Below, in pieces: positions 26,491-35,593 of a stretch of 53,317 bases of DNA. How positions within the stretch are numbered: position 1 is the stretch's first letter; every line of letters starts with the position of its first letter. The stretch lies in contig CAYWJO010000002.1 of the NCBI GenBank assembly GCA_964458565.1, forward strand, positions 137,008 through 190,324, read 5' to 3'. This DNA is from an uncultured archaeon (GTDB lineage: Archaea > Asgardarchaeota > Thorarchaeia > Thorarchaeales > Thorarchaeaceae). A model generated the notes under the pieces. The model was given only the letters and a program-made list of their open reading frames with translations, was not told where the DNA came from and searched no databases. The position numbers were made by a program, and so were the translations under genes.

Positions 26491-29400
26491 CTATAAATTA
26501 CTTGGGGAAATCGCTATTACTAGTTCTTCATCATCAAACGTATATTTGGCATGGAACTCACCTGCGGGCTTTTTCGCTCCCTTCAATTCAGTTGCTAGTG
26601 TTTCCTCTGCAATGTATGATTCAAGAAACTCAATTGCTTCAGCTAGCTTACTACTTGCGGAATATTGTACTTCGATTCTCTCATCCACATTCAAATCAGC
26701 AGATTTACGTAAGTTCTGAACACGGCGCACGAATTCACGTGCCAATCCTTCAAGCACAAGTTCATGTGTCAGTTCCGTCGTCAAAGCTGCAAGATAAGAC
26801 CCTTCAGAGGCTGTTGAAAAACCCTCTCTGGCTTCAACCTTCACTTCCACCTCTTCTGGTAGAATCTCAAGTTTGTCACCATTCACCTGCACTTCTACAC
26901 AATCACCATTCTGTAATAGTGTAGCAGTGGTGCGGGGATCCAGACTTAATATCGCTTCTTTAATTTCAGGAAAGCGTGAACCATATTTCTGGCCTAATTG
27001 CTTTGGTAGTGGTTTGAGTTGGTAACTCACTACTTCTGCTGTAACATCCAGCAAACGAACTTTCTTGACATTAAGCTCATTACCGATCAAATCTGCATAA
27101 CGCATGACTATCTCCCGTTCATCATCTAACCCTACTGCAAATGCGACTTCAGATAATGGTTGTCGAAGTTTACGATTTGCTTGGTTTCTCGCCGCGTGGC
27201 CTAGTGAAACTAGTCGAAGAACAAGTGCCATCTCGTTATTGAGTATCTCATCAATGGAATCAATGCCACTGAAAGGCCAATCGCAGTGATGAACACTTTC
27301 GGCTGCTTCCGAATCAAAGGTGCGAACCAGATTCTGATACATTGTTTCTGATACAAATGGCACAAATGGTGCAAGTAGTTTAGAGAGTGTCACAAGAACC
27401 TGATAGAGTGTTTGATATGCTGCATTCTTATCCGCATCAAGCTCATCACTGACACCTGCTTCTGCCCAGAAGCGTCTACGGCTTCTACGCAAATACCAGT
27501 TACTAAGGTGATCTATGAACTTGTTCACAGCTGCTGTGGCCATATTTGGTTCGTATAAATCTAAATATTCTGTGACTTCTCTAGTAACTTCGTTCATCCT
27601 TGAAAGTATCCATCTGTCCAAAAGGCTCAGAGTCGATTCACTTTTGGTGTTTGAAGCCCAATTGTCAATATTGGCATAGGTTACAAAGAACGAATAAACA
27701 TTCCAGAGTGGTATCAAGAAATGTCTTCGTACATCATCAGCACGATGGTACCCGAAGGCTAGATCCTTCTCTGGTTTATGCTCACTAAAGAGCCAACGCA
27801 TCACATCCACCCCTATTTTGTCAGCTGCATCATTGAACTCTACCATATTTCCCCAAGACTTGTGCATTGCTCTTCCATCTTCAGCAACCAGTGTGGCATA
27901 CGTGAAAACGTTTCTGAATGGTGCTCTTCTCTCAAGAATAGTACTCATTGCGAGAAGGCTATAGAACCAGTTTCGAAACTGTCCTGGAAAACTCTCACTG
28001 ATGAGATCTGCTGGAAACCATTTATTCCAGAACTCCCTGTCAGAGCTATATCTCATCGTGCTCATGGCTACAATACCAGCATCTAACCAGGGATTTCCTA
28101 CATCTGGAATCCGTTTCATTTGTTGATTACATTCGCCGCAGACTATCTCAATCTCATCGATGAACGGGCGATGTGGTGAATGACCGTCGAATGCATCCCA
28201 GCCCGCAACTGCACGTTTCTGCAGTTCTTCTTTACTACCGATCACATCAAAATGCCCACAACTTTGACACTCCCATATTGGTAATGCGAGTCCCCAATAT
28301 CGTTTCTTTGAAATCATCCAGTCATCCATGTTACGTAGCCAATCCATCTCTCTCTCTTTCCCGAAGGATGGGTACCATTTGGTTTCATTGACAACGATTT
28401 CCATGATTTGATAACGTAGGTTGTTTTCTTTCTGTTTCTCAGTGACCTCTTCATAGGGAATGTCAAACTTGCTACCCATCGAGATGAACCACTCATCTAC
28501 TAGGCGGAACACCAATTCTTCTTGGCATCGCCAACACACAGGGTATCTGTGGGTATAATCTTTGACTTTGTAGGTCAAACCTTTCTTACTGAGATTGGCA
28601 AAGATTGGTTGAGCAACTTCGCTTACATTCATACCGGATAACCAATCGAAACCATCAATGAATATCCCGTTTTCTGTAAGTGGTGCAATTACGGCAAGGT
28701 CATGTTCTTTGGAGAGTTGGAAGTCTTCAGCTCCACAACCAGGTGCGATGTGCACAATTCCTGTACCTTCTTCTTCACCTACCTCGTCCCATACAATCAC
28801 CTTGTGTTTTCCAGCAACTCCACTCACTTTCTGCGCTGGGAGTTCATCAAAGGGACCATGATAGACCCAGCCCTCCATGCCCATTCCAAGTATCTCTTCT
28901 TCAACTTCGTAAGCCCCCTTCAGCATATGAAGCGTCTTACTACTCAGGTAGTAGGTTTCTTCTTCCTGTCGCACTTTTACGTAAGTCAACTCAGGGCCTA
29001 CAGCAGCGGCTACATTGCTACTAAGAGTCCAAGGAGTTGTTGTCCACACCAAAAGGCTTTCTCCCGGTCGATCTACCAATGGAAATCTTAAAGTGATACT
29101 TGGATGTGTTAATTCATTATATCCCTCTGTGACTATCTCATGTTGACTGATGCCAGTCCCACATCTAGCACACCATGGTATCACATCTCTTCCCTTGTAT
29201 ATCCAACCTCTGTCGTGACATGATTTTAAAACGCTCCAGATAGTATAATTGTTCTCTTCAGAGAATGTGAAATATGATCCTCCAATCTCTGGAGTCCCCA
29301 GTTTTCCAACAAGCTGCTCAGCTGTATCTGTAACTGGTCCTTCTGTACCATAGATTGTAATGACTTCTAACGGGTCCTTCCCAAGAGCATCATGTAACAT

Positions 29401-29868
29401 AGCCAGAGTCTTTGGTTCATCCCAGTTCATCCAGTATCCTAATCGAATGCTCTGTTCAGTTTGAACTGCTGCATATTTCAAGACACGTTGTTTACAGAGG
29501 ATGATAAACTTCTCTAACCCATAGTCTTCTATATCCTGTTTGCCTTTGAACCCCATCTCGCGTTCAACATTAACCTCAACCCATAGGCCTTGACAGTCAA
29601 AACCGTTCTGATATCGAGTCTGGAATCCTTGCATAGCTTTGAAGCGCTGGTATAGATCTTTGTATGTTCTTCCCCATGCATGATGTACACCCATCGGATT
29701 ATTGGCAGTTATTGGTCCATCAAGAAAGGACCATATTGGACCATCTAATCTTAATTTCTTCAGTGTGTCAAAGGCTTGGGTCTTGTCCCAAAAGTCAAGA
29801 ATTTCTTTTTCCTGAGCGACGAAGTCAATTTGATTTGATACTGGTTTAAACATTGCAGTCACCAACAT
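26491..29868 (-). CDS. ileS: Isoleucine--tRNA ligase (IleRS2-like, non-canonical GVHH and AMHKS signatures)
   Basis: DGP.TAN, GFDCQGL.VE, WTTTPWTL.SN, GTGIVHIAPG, H.YP.CWRC, DW.ISK.RYWG, LSNWYLRRSRRRFW, EGLARE.VR.VQ.LRK (IleRS2 C-terminus). Confidence 0.95.
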   Translation of the reverse strand: MLVTAMFKPVSNQIDFVAQEKEILDFWDKTQAFDTLKKLRLDGPIWSFLDGPITANNPMGVHHAWGRTYKDLYQRFKAMQGFQTRYQNGFDCQGLWVEVNVEREMGFKGKQDIEDYGLEKFIILCKQRVLKYAAVQTEQSIRLGYWMNWDEPKTLAMLHDALGKDPLEVITIYGTEGPVTDTAEQLVGKLGTPEIGGSYFTFSEENNYTIWSVLKSCHDRGWIYKGRDVIPWCARCGTGISQHEIVTEGYNELTHPSITLRFPLVDRPGESLLVWTTTPWTLSSNVAAAVGPELTYVKVRQEEETYYLSSKTLHMLKGAYEVEEEILGMGMEGWVYHGPFDELPAQKVSGVAGKHKVIVWDEVGEEEGTGIVHIAPGCGAEDFQLSKEHDLAVIAPLTENGIFIDGFDWLSGMNVSEVAQPIFANLSKKGLTYKVKDYTHRYPVCWRCQEELVFRLVDEWFISMGSKFDIPYEEVTEKQKENNLRYQIMEIVVNETKWYPSFGKEREMDWLRNMDDWMISKKRYWGLALPIWECQSCGHFDVIGSKEELQKRAVAGWDAFDGHSPHRPFIDEIEIVCGECNQQMKRIPDVGNPWLDAGIVAMSTMRYSSDREFWNKWFPADLISESFPGQFRNWFYSLLAMSTILERRAPFRNVFTYATLVAEDGRAMHKSWGNMVEFNDAADKIGVDVMRWLFSEHKPEKDLAFGYHRADDVRRHFLIPLWNVYSFFVTYANIDNWASNTKSESTLSLLDRWILSRMNEVTREVTEYLDLYEPNMATAAVNKFIDHLSNWYLRRSRRRFWAEAGVSDELDADKNAAYQTLYQVLVTLSKLLAPFVPFVSETMYQNLVRTFDSEAAESVHHCDWPFSGIDSIDEILNNEMALVLRLVSLGHAARNQANRKLRQPLSEVAFAVGLDDEREIVMRYADLIGNELNVKKVRLLDVTAEVVSYQLKPLPKQLGQKYGSRFPEIKEAILSLDPRTTATLLQNGDCVEVQVNGDKLEILPEEVEVKVEAREGFSTASEGSYLAALTTELTHELVLEGLAREFVRRVQNLRKSADLNVDERIEVQYSASSKLAEAIEFLESYIAEETLATELKGAKKPAGEFHAKYTFDDEELVIAISPSNL

Positions 29869-30170
29869 TGGTTTCGAGATTGATTAGGGCTTTCAGATGC
29901 AGAATTGCAATACCTGTTAGTTGCGGTTTTCATTTTGGTTTCCTCTTAGGTGATATGAAGTTTTCAAGAAATCGAACAGGTATGTAATCAGAGAATGGAC
30001 TACAATCTTTTCACGTGACTTAGTGAATTTGGCAATCCATCCTATATTCTCCTGCTACTAGGGTTATTGGATTTACGATTCTTGTCGTGGTTAAAAATCT
30101 TAGGCTAATACCCATTGACCTATACGCGGCTAAGATTTAATTGTTAGTCATGCAATTTTCCCTTTGATTT

Positions 30171-30857
30171 GTGAGTGTGTTTCACATGAGCTCATTGGAA
30201 GAACGTTCCCTCGATAATCTTGCTGACATGACATTGAATGTGATGCGGCAGAACCTGTTAGAGGTTGCAAGCGTTATTAGGAAGAAGATGGATGTAGAAG
30301 GTCCTCAAGCTGTGAAATCGGCTTTTGAAGGTGCGAAATCTAGATTTCTTGAAGGCGCCTTTAAGGACCATATTGAAGTTCGATGGGGAATGAGTCTATG
30401 CCCACTTTGTAATGATGAGAATGTGGATAAGAATGGAATCGCATATGCAGATGCAAGTGGAGATGGCGTAGAATTCAATCAATGTCTAAACTGTCGAATT
30501 GGAATTCTGTATAAACTTGTAATAGCTAAAGCAACAATGGAACACTATGTTATTGGTTTGGGAGAAATGGATCAATTCGCTGGGATGTCATTCTTCTGGG
30601 ATGCGATCTTTCCTGATGAAATGAGTCAATTTCAACCGATGTATGAGATCATCTCAGAGGGTCAATGGATGGGTACTGTTTCATTTGATGAATCCATGAT
30701 TCCTTCCTTCTTGTCTTTTAAGAATATGAAGGATTATACATCTCGAGGCTCTCCTGAATTTTGGACGAGTGAAATTTCCTCGGAAATCAAACTAGCTATT
30801 GATGAATTCATCAAAGCTGCACGTGATCAGATTGAGGTGGCTCTTGCTATAAGATAA
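30171..30857 (+). CDS. Hypothetical protein with an internal zinc-ribbon-like CxxC...CxxC
   Basis: CPLC...CLNC; stop lies 1 nt before the next gene. Confidence 0.7.
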   Translation: MSVFHMSSLEERSLDNLADMTLNVMRQNLLEVASVIRKKMDVEGPQAVKSAFEGAKSRFLEGAFKDHIEVRWGMSLCPLCNDENVDKNGIAYADASGDGVEFNQCLNCRIGILYKLVIAKATMEHYVIGLGEMDQFAGMSFFWDAIFPDEMSQFQPMYEIISEGQWMGTVSFDESMIPSFLSFKNMKDYTSRGSPEFWTSEISSEIKLAIDEFIKAARDQIEVALAIR

Positions 30858-30858
30858 G

Positions 30859-31182
30859 GTGTCTTTGTTGGGAAAAGAAAAACTAGTCCGTGATAAAATA
30901 CCTGATCTAATCCGCAGAGAAGGGCGCAACCCATCAGTTCGAATAGCTTCTAATGATGACCTCGACTATCTATTTAGAATGAAGCTCTTGGAGGAAGCGA
31001 CCGAACTGTTAGAATCAGGAGCAGATGAAGAAATCGTTGATTTATTAGAGGTTCTTGAAGCGCTTATCTCTCATAGAAAACTACATCGAGATCAATTGGA
31101 GCACTTTAGGAAACAGAAGGCTAGAATATGTGGTGTATTTGAAATGGGCTACGTTTTAGAGATTGAAGATGACCAATTGTAA
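30859..31182 (+). CDS. MazG-like nucleoside triphosphate pyrophosphohydrolase (all-alpha NTP-PPase)
   Basis: KLVRDKIP..I, KL.EE..E, EE..DLLEV, K....G.FE.G. Confidence 0.88.
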   Translation: MSLLGKEKLVRDKIPDLIRREGRNPSVRIASNDDLDYLFRMKLLEEATELLESGADEEIVDLLEVLEALISHRKLHRDQLEHFRKQKARICGVFEMGYVLEIEDDQL

Positions 31183-31212
31183 CACCCCTATTTCATACTC
31201 TGAAACATCGGA

Positions 31213-31225
31213 CAAAGGTTATATT
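31213..31225 (+). promoter_or_regulatory. BRE/TATA-like promoter of tes
   Basis: CAAAGG-TTATAT, the same pattern as at 18770 and 35559. Confidence 0.5.
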
Positions 31226-31305
31226 CATCTTTTTGAGTTCCGCAACATAGAATACCACTCCGTTCAGTGGTGGTACTATCAATTATTAGTTAGGAGCTGC
31301 TTAAG

Positions 31306-32952
31306 ATGACAGCTGATGAAGTAAAACGAATCCCCGAAGAACCTATTACGCATGGAAAAGGTGAGTCTCTCGCCAGATATCACGTTGAGCGATACCCTGT
31401 GAGACCAATGCCTTACACTACACAATCAATCTGTCCTGAGTGTCTACTCAGTGATGACAAAGTCCACGTGATTGATGCCACAGTATATGAAGAAAATAAC
31501 AAAGTTATGTACAAGAAGTCATGTGAAACACATGGCGAATTTATTGATGTTTATTGGGGCGATGCAGAGATGTTCAAAAAAGCACAGACTTGGTGGTACA
31601 AGTCTGTTGGTCTTGATAATCCTCGAACTGAAAGTATCAAAGGATGTCCTGAGGACTGCGGCCCCTGCACTGAGCATAAATCCCACACTGCTCTTGCTTT
31701 ACTTGATGTCACCAACCGTTGCAACTTGAGATGTCCAATTTGTTTCGCCGTTGCAGCAGAAGGTGGTACTGTCTACGAACCCAGTCCTGAAGAAGTTTTA
31801 GAGATGATGAGAAATCTTCGAAGCAATAAACCCGTTCCTGCTCCAGCTCTTCAATTTGCAGGCGGTGAACCCACTGTTAGCAAACATCTACCGCAATATA
31901 TCAAATGGGCTAAAGAACTAGGTTTTAGACATGTTCAGATTGCAAGCAATGCAATCCGAATCGGTAAGAGCAAAGAGTATCTGCAAGAATTGCGAGATGC
32001 TGGCCTTTCAACCATATACATGCAGTTTGATGGTGTTACTTCAGGTCCCTACTTGGAAGCTAGGGGTACAGACTTGCTTGCTGTCAAGAAACAGGCTATT
32101 CAAAATGCTCGAGAAGTTGGAATGGAATCAATTGTTCTAGTACCAACAGTTGTGCGTGGTGTGAACAGTGATCAACTTGGAGATATTATTCAATTTGCTG
32201 TTGATAATCGTGATGTCATCCGATGCGTAAACTTCCAACCCGTTAGTATAACAGGACGTATTGATCACGATGAACGTCTTAAATGGCGTATCACAATTCC
32301 TGACTGCATTCATCTCATTGAAGAGCAGACTGGAGGAAAGATACCTGCAACTGAATGGTATCCAGTTCCTGCAATGATGCCTGTTGGTCGAGCACTTGGT
32401 CTAATGAAAGGTGGACCAGAACTCGAGTTAAGCTCACACTTTGCATGTGGAATGTCGACATTCATCTACATTGAGGATGATGGTTCATACAAACCAATAA
32501 CAGACCTCATCGATGTTGACAAGTTTATAGTTCTATTAGAAGAAATCTCCAACCTTTATGCCGATGGTGCGCGCGGTGCAAGTAAAAGAGCTAAAGCTAA
32601 ACTAGCTGCTGGGATGCGTCACTTCAAGAAGAAGGGAATGATCAAAGATTTGGTCGGTTTATTCCTTGATCGGGGTGACTACGATTCATTAGCTCAATTC
32701 ATGAGGCGTATCATTATGATAGGAATGATGCACTTCCAAGATCCTTACAACTTTGATCTTGAAAGAATCCAACACTGTGACATCAATTATGCAGTACCTG
32801 ACGGAAGAATTATTCCCTTCTGCACAATGAATACAATTCACAGATCGCGTGTTGAGGACAAGTTCTCCGTTCCAATAGAGGAGTGGCGTGCAAGTCATAA
32901 GCCCACTCAGGTTGAAGAGGATAGCGTCACAAAACCATTCGGTAGTGAATAG
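31306..32952 (+). CDS. tes: Radical SAM tetraether lipid synthase (Tes / GDGT-MAS family)
   Basis: N-terminal CPEC...CETH, GCP.DCG.C..H, DVTNRCNLRCPICFA, QF.GGEPT, NFQPVS.TGR, H..CG, MHFQDPYNFD.ER..HC.I.YA.PDGRIIPFC. Confidence 0.88.
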   Translation: MTADEVKRIPEEPITHGKGESLARYHVERYPVRPMPYTTQSICPECLLSDDKVHVIDATVYEENNKVMYKKSCETHGEFIDVYWGDAEMFKKAQTWWYKSVGLDNPRTESIKGCPEDCGPCTEHKSHTALALLDVTNRCNLRCPICFAVAAEGGTVYEPSPEEVLEMMRNLRSNKPVPAPALQFAGGEPTVSKHLPQYIKWAKELGFRHVQIASNAIRIGKSKEYLQELRDAGLSTIYMQFDGVTSGPYLEARGTDLLAVKKQAIQNAREVGMESIVLVPTVVRGVNSDQLGDIIQFAVDNRDVIRCVNFQPVSITGRIDHDERLKWRITIPDCIHLIEEQTGGKIPATEWYPVPAMMPVGRALGLMKGGPELELSSHFACGMSTFIYIEDDGSYKPITDLIDVDKFIVLLEEISNLYADGARGASKRAKAKLAAGMRHFKKKGMIKDLVGLFLDRGDYDSLAQFMRRIIMIGMMHFQDPYNFDLERIQHCDINYAVPDGRIIPFCTMNTIHRSRVEDKFSVPIEEWRASHKPTQVEEDSVTKPFGSE

Positions 32953-32964
32953 TGTTAAAGATGC

Positions 32965-33003
32965 GAACGATGGGGTCAACCCATCGTTCATCCATGTTTT
33001 TTG
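32965..33003 (+). terminator. Hairpin plus T tract after tes
   Basis: GAACGATGGG-GTCAA-CCCATCGTTC, then ATCCATGTTTTTT. Confidence 0.6.
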
Positions 33004-33074
33004 GATTAGTATCTGGCCATCCCATCCAACAATCATCACTTTCACAATTTTTCCTAATGTAATGACCTCATCGT

Positions 33075-33833
33075 TCATGAGAAAATGAGAGGCCACTCTG
33101 GATTTTCTAATAACTGGTAGTTCAACCAACAAGCATTGATTATGCTGGAATTGTAAGCTACTCCTTCGAGCTGAAGAATCCTTGGTTCAACTTCGCGGAC
33201 TAACCTAATACTCACAACATCCTTAGCCCATAAATAACCATCAGTGAGATTTCCCTCCTCATTCAGCATGACCATTCGTAGTGGGCCCCCTTCTATGAGA
33301 GGTGATCCGTTCTCATAATATGCAAGCACTAATGTTGAGTTGATAATCCCTGCATCTTCACCTTCAGGTGTATACCCTGTGAAATATCCATCAACCTGCA
33401 ACTTTGTGAAATACGTTGTCAATCCATCGGAGGATAATACCTCAAGACTATAATCAACTGGAATTTCTCCAAGTTCTTGTAACAATGTTTTCACTAGGAT
33501 TCCTGTGTAATTGAAGGGTCCCAATATTGTACCCGTACTCTTCTTGAATCCACCACTCCCACTGACAGAAGGCAATTCCATCAATTTGGCCATGGTGTAT
33601 TCGTTCGTAGCATTATCCGAAAATACTGTAAGTGTAATAATTTCAGGAGCAGTTGTTGTTGAGGTCGTATTTGTTGTGTTAGTTGGATTTGGGGGGACTG
33701 GATTCTGGAGTAGGATAAATGTGAATAGTCCGGCAGCCAACACAAGAACGCCTACGATGACGGTTAATAACACCCTTGAATTTGCCAACACAATCACCGT
33801 TATGTTTAAACAAACACATCGCAACAAATTCAA
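33075..33833 (-). CDS. Membrane-anchored protein with Thr/Asn-rich linker and a molybdopterin-oxidoreductase-like domain (true start probably later than listed)
   Basis: TM helix, PTNTTNTTSTTT, YTGI.VKTLL, SSDG, LAYYENG.PL..GGPLR, WAK.V..I. Confidence 0.65.
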   Translation of the reverse strand: MNLLRCVCLNITVIVLANSRVLLTVIVGVLVLAAGLFTFILLQNPVPPNPTNTTNTTSTTTAPEIITLTVFSDNATNEYTMAKLMELPSVSGSGGFKKSTGTILGPFNYTGILVKTLLQELGEIPVDYSLEVLSSDGLTTYFTKLQVDGYFTGYTPEGEDAGIINSTLVLAYYENGSPLIEGGPLRMVMLNEEGNLTDGYLWAKDVVSIRLVREVEPRILQLEGVAYNSSIINACWLNYQLLENPEWPLIFS

Positions 33834-33931
33834 TATAAATACATTATTGTCAAAAATCTCTGTACAACGAATTGAACAGACTGTTTCAAACGTAGATTGA
33901 TATTTAATTTAGTGGAAGTAGAATTTGAGTA

Positions 33932-34180
33932 ATGATGGTAAATAACGAGAAAGACAAATCTTTGTTTAGGGGAATAAGAAGCCCTCCCGTTTTCTCTATT
34001 GGAATCGTTTTAACAATGAATGGTATTCTTAATGTGTTCGAGCGTATCACTATAGATGTGTCCACTGTTTCAACATATATTTTGTTTGCAATGATGTTAG
34101 GTTTCATTGGAATGATCTTTGTTGGCTTTGGTCTTCAATGGATTATAACAGACGCCATCACTAACTCTCAATTGGAGTGA
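33932..34180 (+). CDS. Small membrane protein (2 TM helices)
   Basis: Two hydrophobic segments; GTGA overlap with the next gene. Confidence 0.5.
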   Translation: MMVNNEKDKSLFRGIRSPPVFSIGIVLTMNGILNVFERITIDVSTVSTYILFAMMLGFIGMIFVGFGLQWIITDAITNSQLE

Positions 34181-34950
34181 TTATAATAATGCGAGAATTT
34201 GATTCAAGCCCTGGACGAACAATACTCATCCCAGTAATAATTGGAATAATAATAACTGCATCAGTTGTATCTGGTGCTTACTTCATTTCTACCTACACCC
34301 CCACAAATCCACCAACAGGTACTACAACGAGTACATCTACAACTACAGAACCAACGGAAACTACTACTACAACAACGATGCCTGTAGGGACATATGGCGA
34401 ATTAGCAGCTGATTTCATCAATAGTCGAAGAGACGACATAGTGTTTTTCTGGCATTACAATAATTCGTTCGTGAATCAGAACCTATCAGCATACTATGAC
34501 GAGCAACATTCAGGTGCATATGTTGATGGTCTATACATGCTCAATACGAATCTAACTCCTATGGTTCGATTGCTGTTCCATCCATATCATGATAACATCA
34601 GAGGTGAAGGTGAAATCACTCAACTTGAGTGGGAAATGTTGAGTGGGTTGCTAGTTGATGATGGGATTAAACTCATGCCTAATTCTGAATCAACCCAAGA
34701 ACTATGGCCTCCTGATTATATGGTGGAGGTCTGCTTTCTAGACGGAACCTCATTCCATCTATCTTATTTCAGGAGTACAGGTCTTGTGTTCATTGCAGAG
34801 GGTACTTGGTCCGGATTCAATGAATATGGATGGGCTATGTCATCGTTTGATGATGATAGCATAAGGTGGCTTGATGAGGATGGGCATTTACAGGCATATC
34901 TCACTGCCCTCTTTGACACTGTAACAACAAATGTTGATTATCCGGAATAG
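34177..34950 (+). CDS. Membrane-anchored hypothetical protein with Thr-rich linker
   Basis: N-terminal TM, PPTGTTTSTSTTTEPTETTTTTT, then an acidic globular domain. Confidence 0.75.
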   Translation: MIIIMREFDSSPGRTILIPVIIGIIITASVVSGAYFISTYTPTNPPTGTTTSTSTTTEPTETTTTTTMPVGTYGELAADFINSRRDDIVFFWHYNNSFVNQNLSAYYDEQHSGAYVDGLYMLNTNLTPMVRLLFHPYHDNIRGEGEITQLEWEMLSGLLVDDGIKLMPNSESTQELWPPDYMVEVCFLDGTSFHLSYFRSTGLVFIAEGTWSGFNEYGWAMSSFDDDSIRWLDEDGHLQAYLTALFDTVTTNVDYPE

Positions 34951-34961
34951 TATACTTGGTT

Positions 34962-34983
34962 CCACTCCCTTATTAGGGAGTGG
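34962..34983. terminator. Perfect 9-bp hairpin (terminator, stabiliser or operator)
   Basis: CCACTCCCT-TATT-AGGGAGTGG, 11 nt after the stop of 34177..34950. Confidence 0.5.
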
Positions 34984-35015
34984 GCTCTATTCTATTATTG
35001 TTTGTTCAGTGAGGA

Positions 35016-35471
35016 TTGCATAGCGTGGATTCAGAATCGGATCGTGAAACAATAGCAAAACTACTGAAAGGACGCACCATGAGTGTTTATGCTCTTCTAC
35101 TGACGAAAGAAAAAATGGGTGTTAGAGATATACAGAGAGCCCTTGGATTCTCTAGTCCTAGTTTAGCCCTTCATCACTTGACTAAACTTGCTGAGCTAGA
35201 TCTTGTCGAGAAAGATGTACACGGCGAATACTCAGTGATTAAGACCGTACGTGCAGGGTCTCTATCGTTGTTTGTGAAAATAGGGAAAGTGTTGTTACCT
35301 CGCTTTCTTTTTCTCATCACTCTATTCTCAGCTATGCTGGTCCTCTACATGTTATTCTTCTTCTCATGGCCGCCCTCAGGGGGAGATATAATGTATCTTG
35401 CACTTAGTATCATCGCAATCATTTTGATATTGCATGAGTCGCGTAGGATGTGGTTACTCAAACCATTTTGA
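35016..35471 (+). CDS. Winged-helix DNA-binding protein with two C-terminal TM helices
   Basis: LKGRT..VY..LL...MGVRDIQRALGFSSPSLA.HHL.KL..L.LVEK...GEY, followed by two hydrophobic helices. Confidence 0.85.
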   Translation: MHSVDSESDRETIAKLLKGRTMSVYALLLTKEKMGVRDIQRALGFSSPSLALHHLTKLAELDLVEKDVHGEYSVIKTVRAGSLSLFVKIGKVLLPRFLFLITLFSAMLVLYMLFFFSWPPSGGDIMYLALSIIAIILILHESRRMWLLKPF

Positions 35472-35558
35472 GGAGTTTATATGAGCTAGATATGAATTAC
35501 ATCTTGAGGAAGTGAGAAATTAGGGTGCCACCCTACTCATTCTTGTGACGATTACAAA

Positions 35559-35572
35559 GAAAGGTTAATAAG
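35559..35572 (+). promoter_or_regulatory. BRE/TATA-like promoter with no credible CDS downstream (may drive the putative ncRNA)
   Basis: GAAAGG-TTAATAAG; by analogy with 18770, the predicted TSS is about 35593-35595. Confidence 0.5.
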
Positions 35573-35593
35573 ATTCAAAATAAAAGATGAATC

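Noticed and set aside
29869-30170. T-box leader for ileS
   Set aside because: No GGTGGNACCGCG T-box motif on the minus strand.
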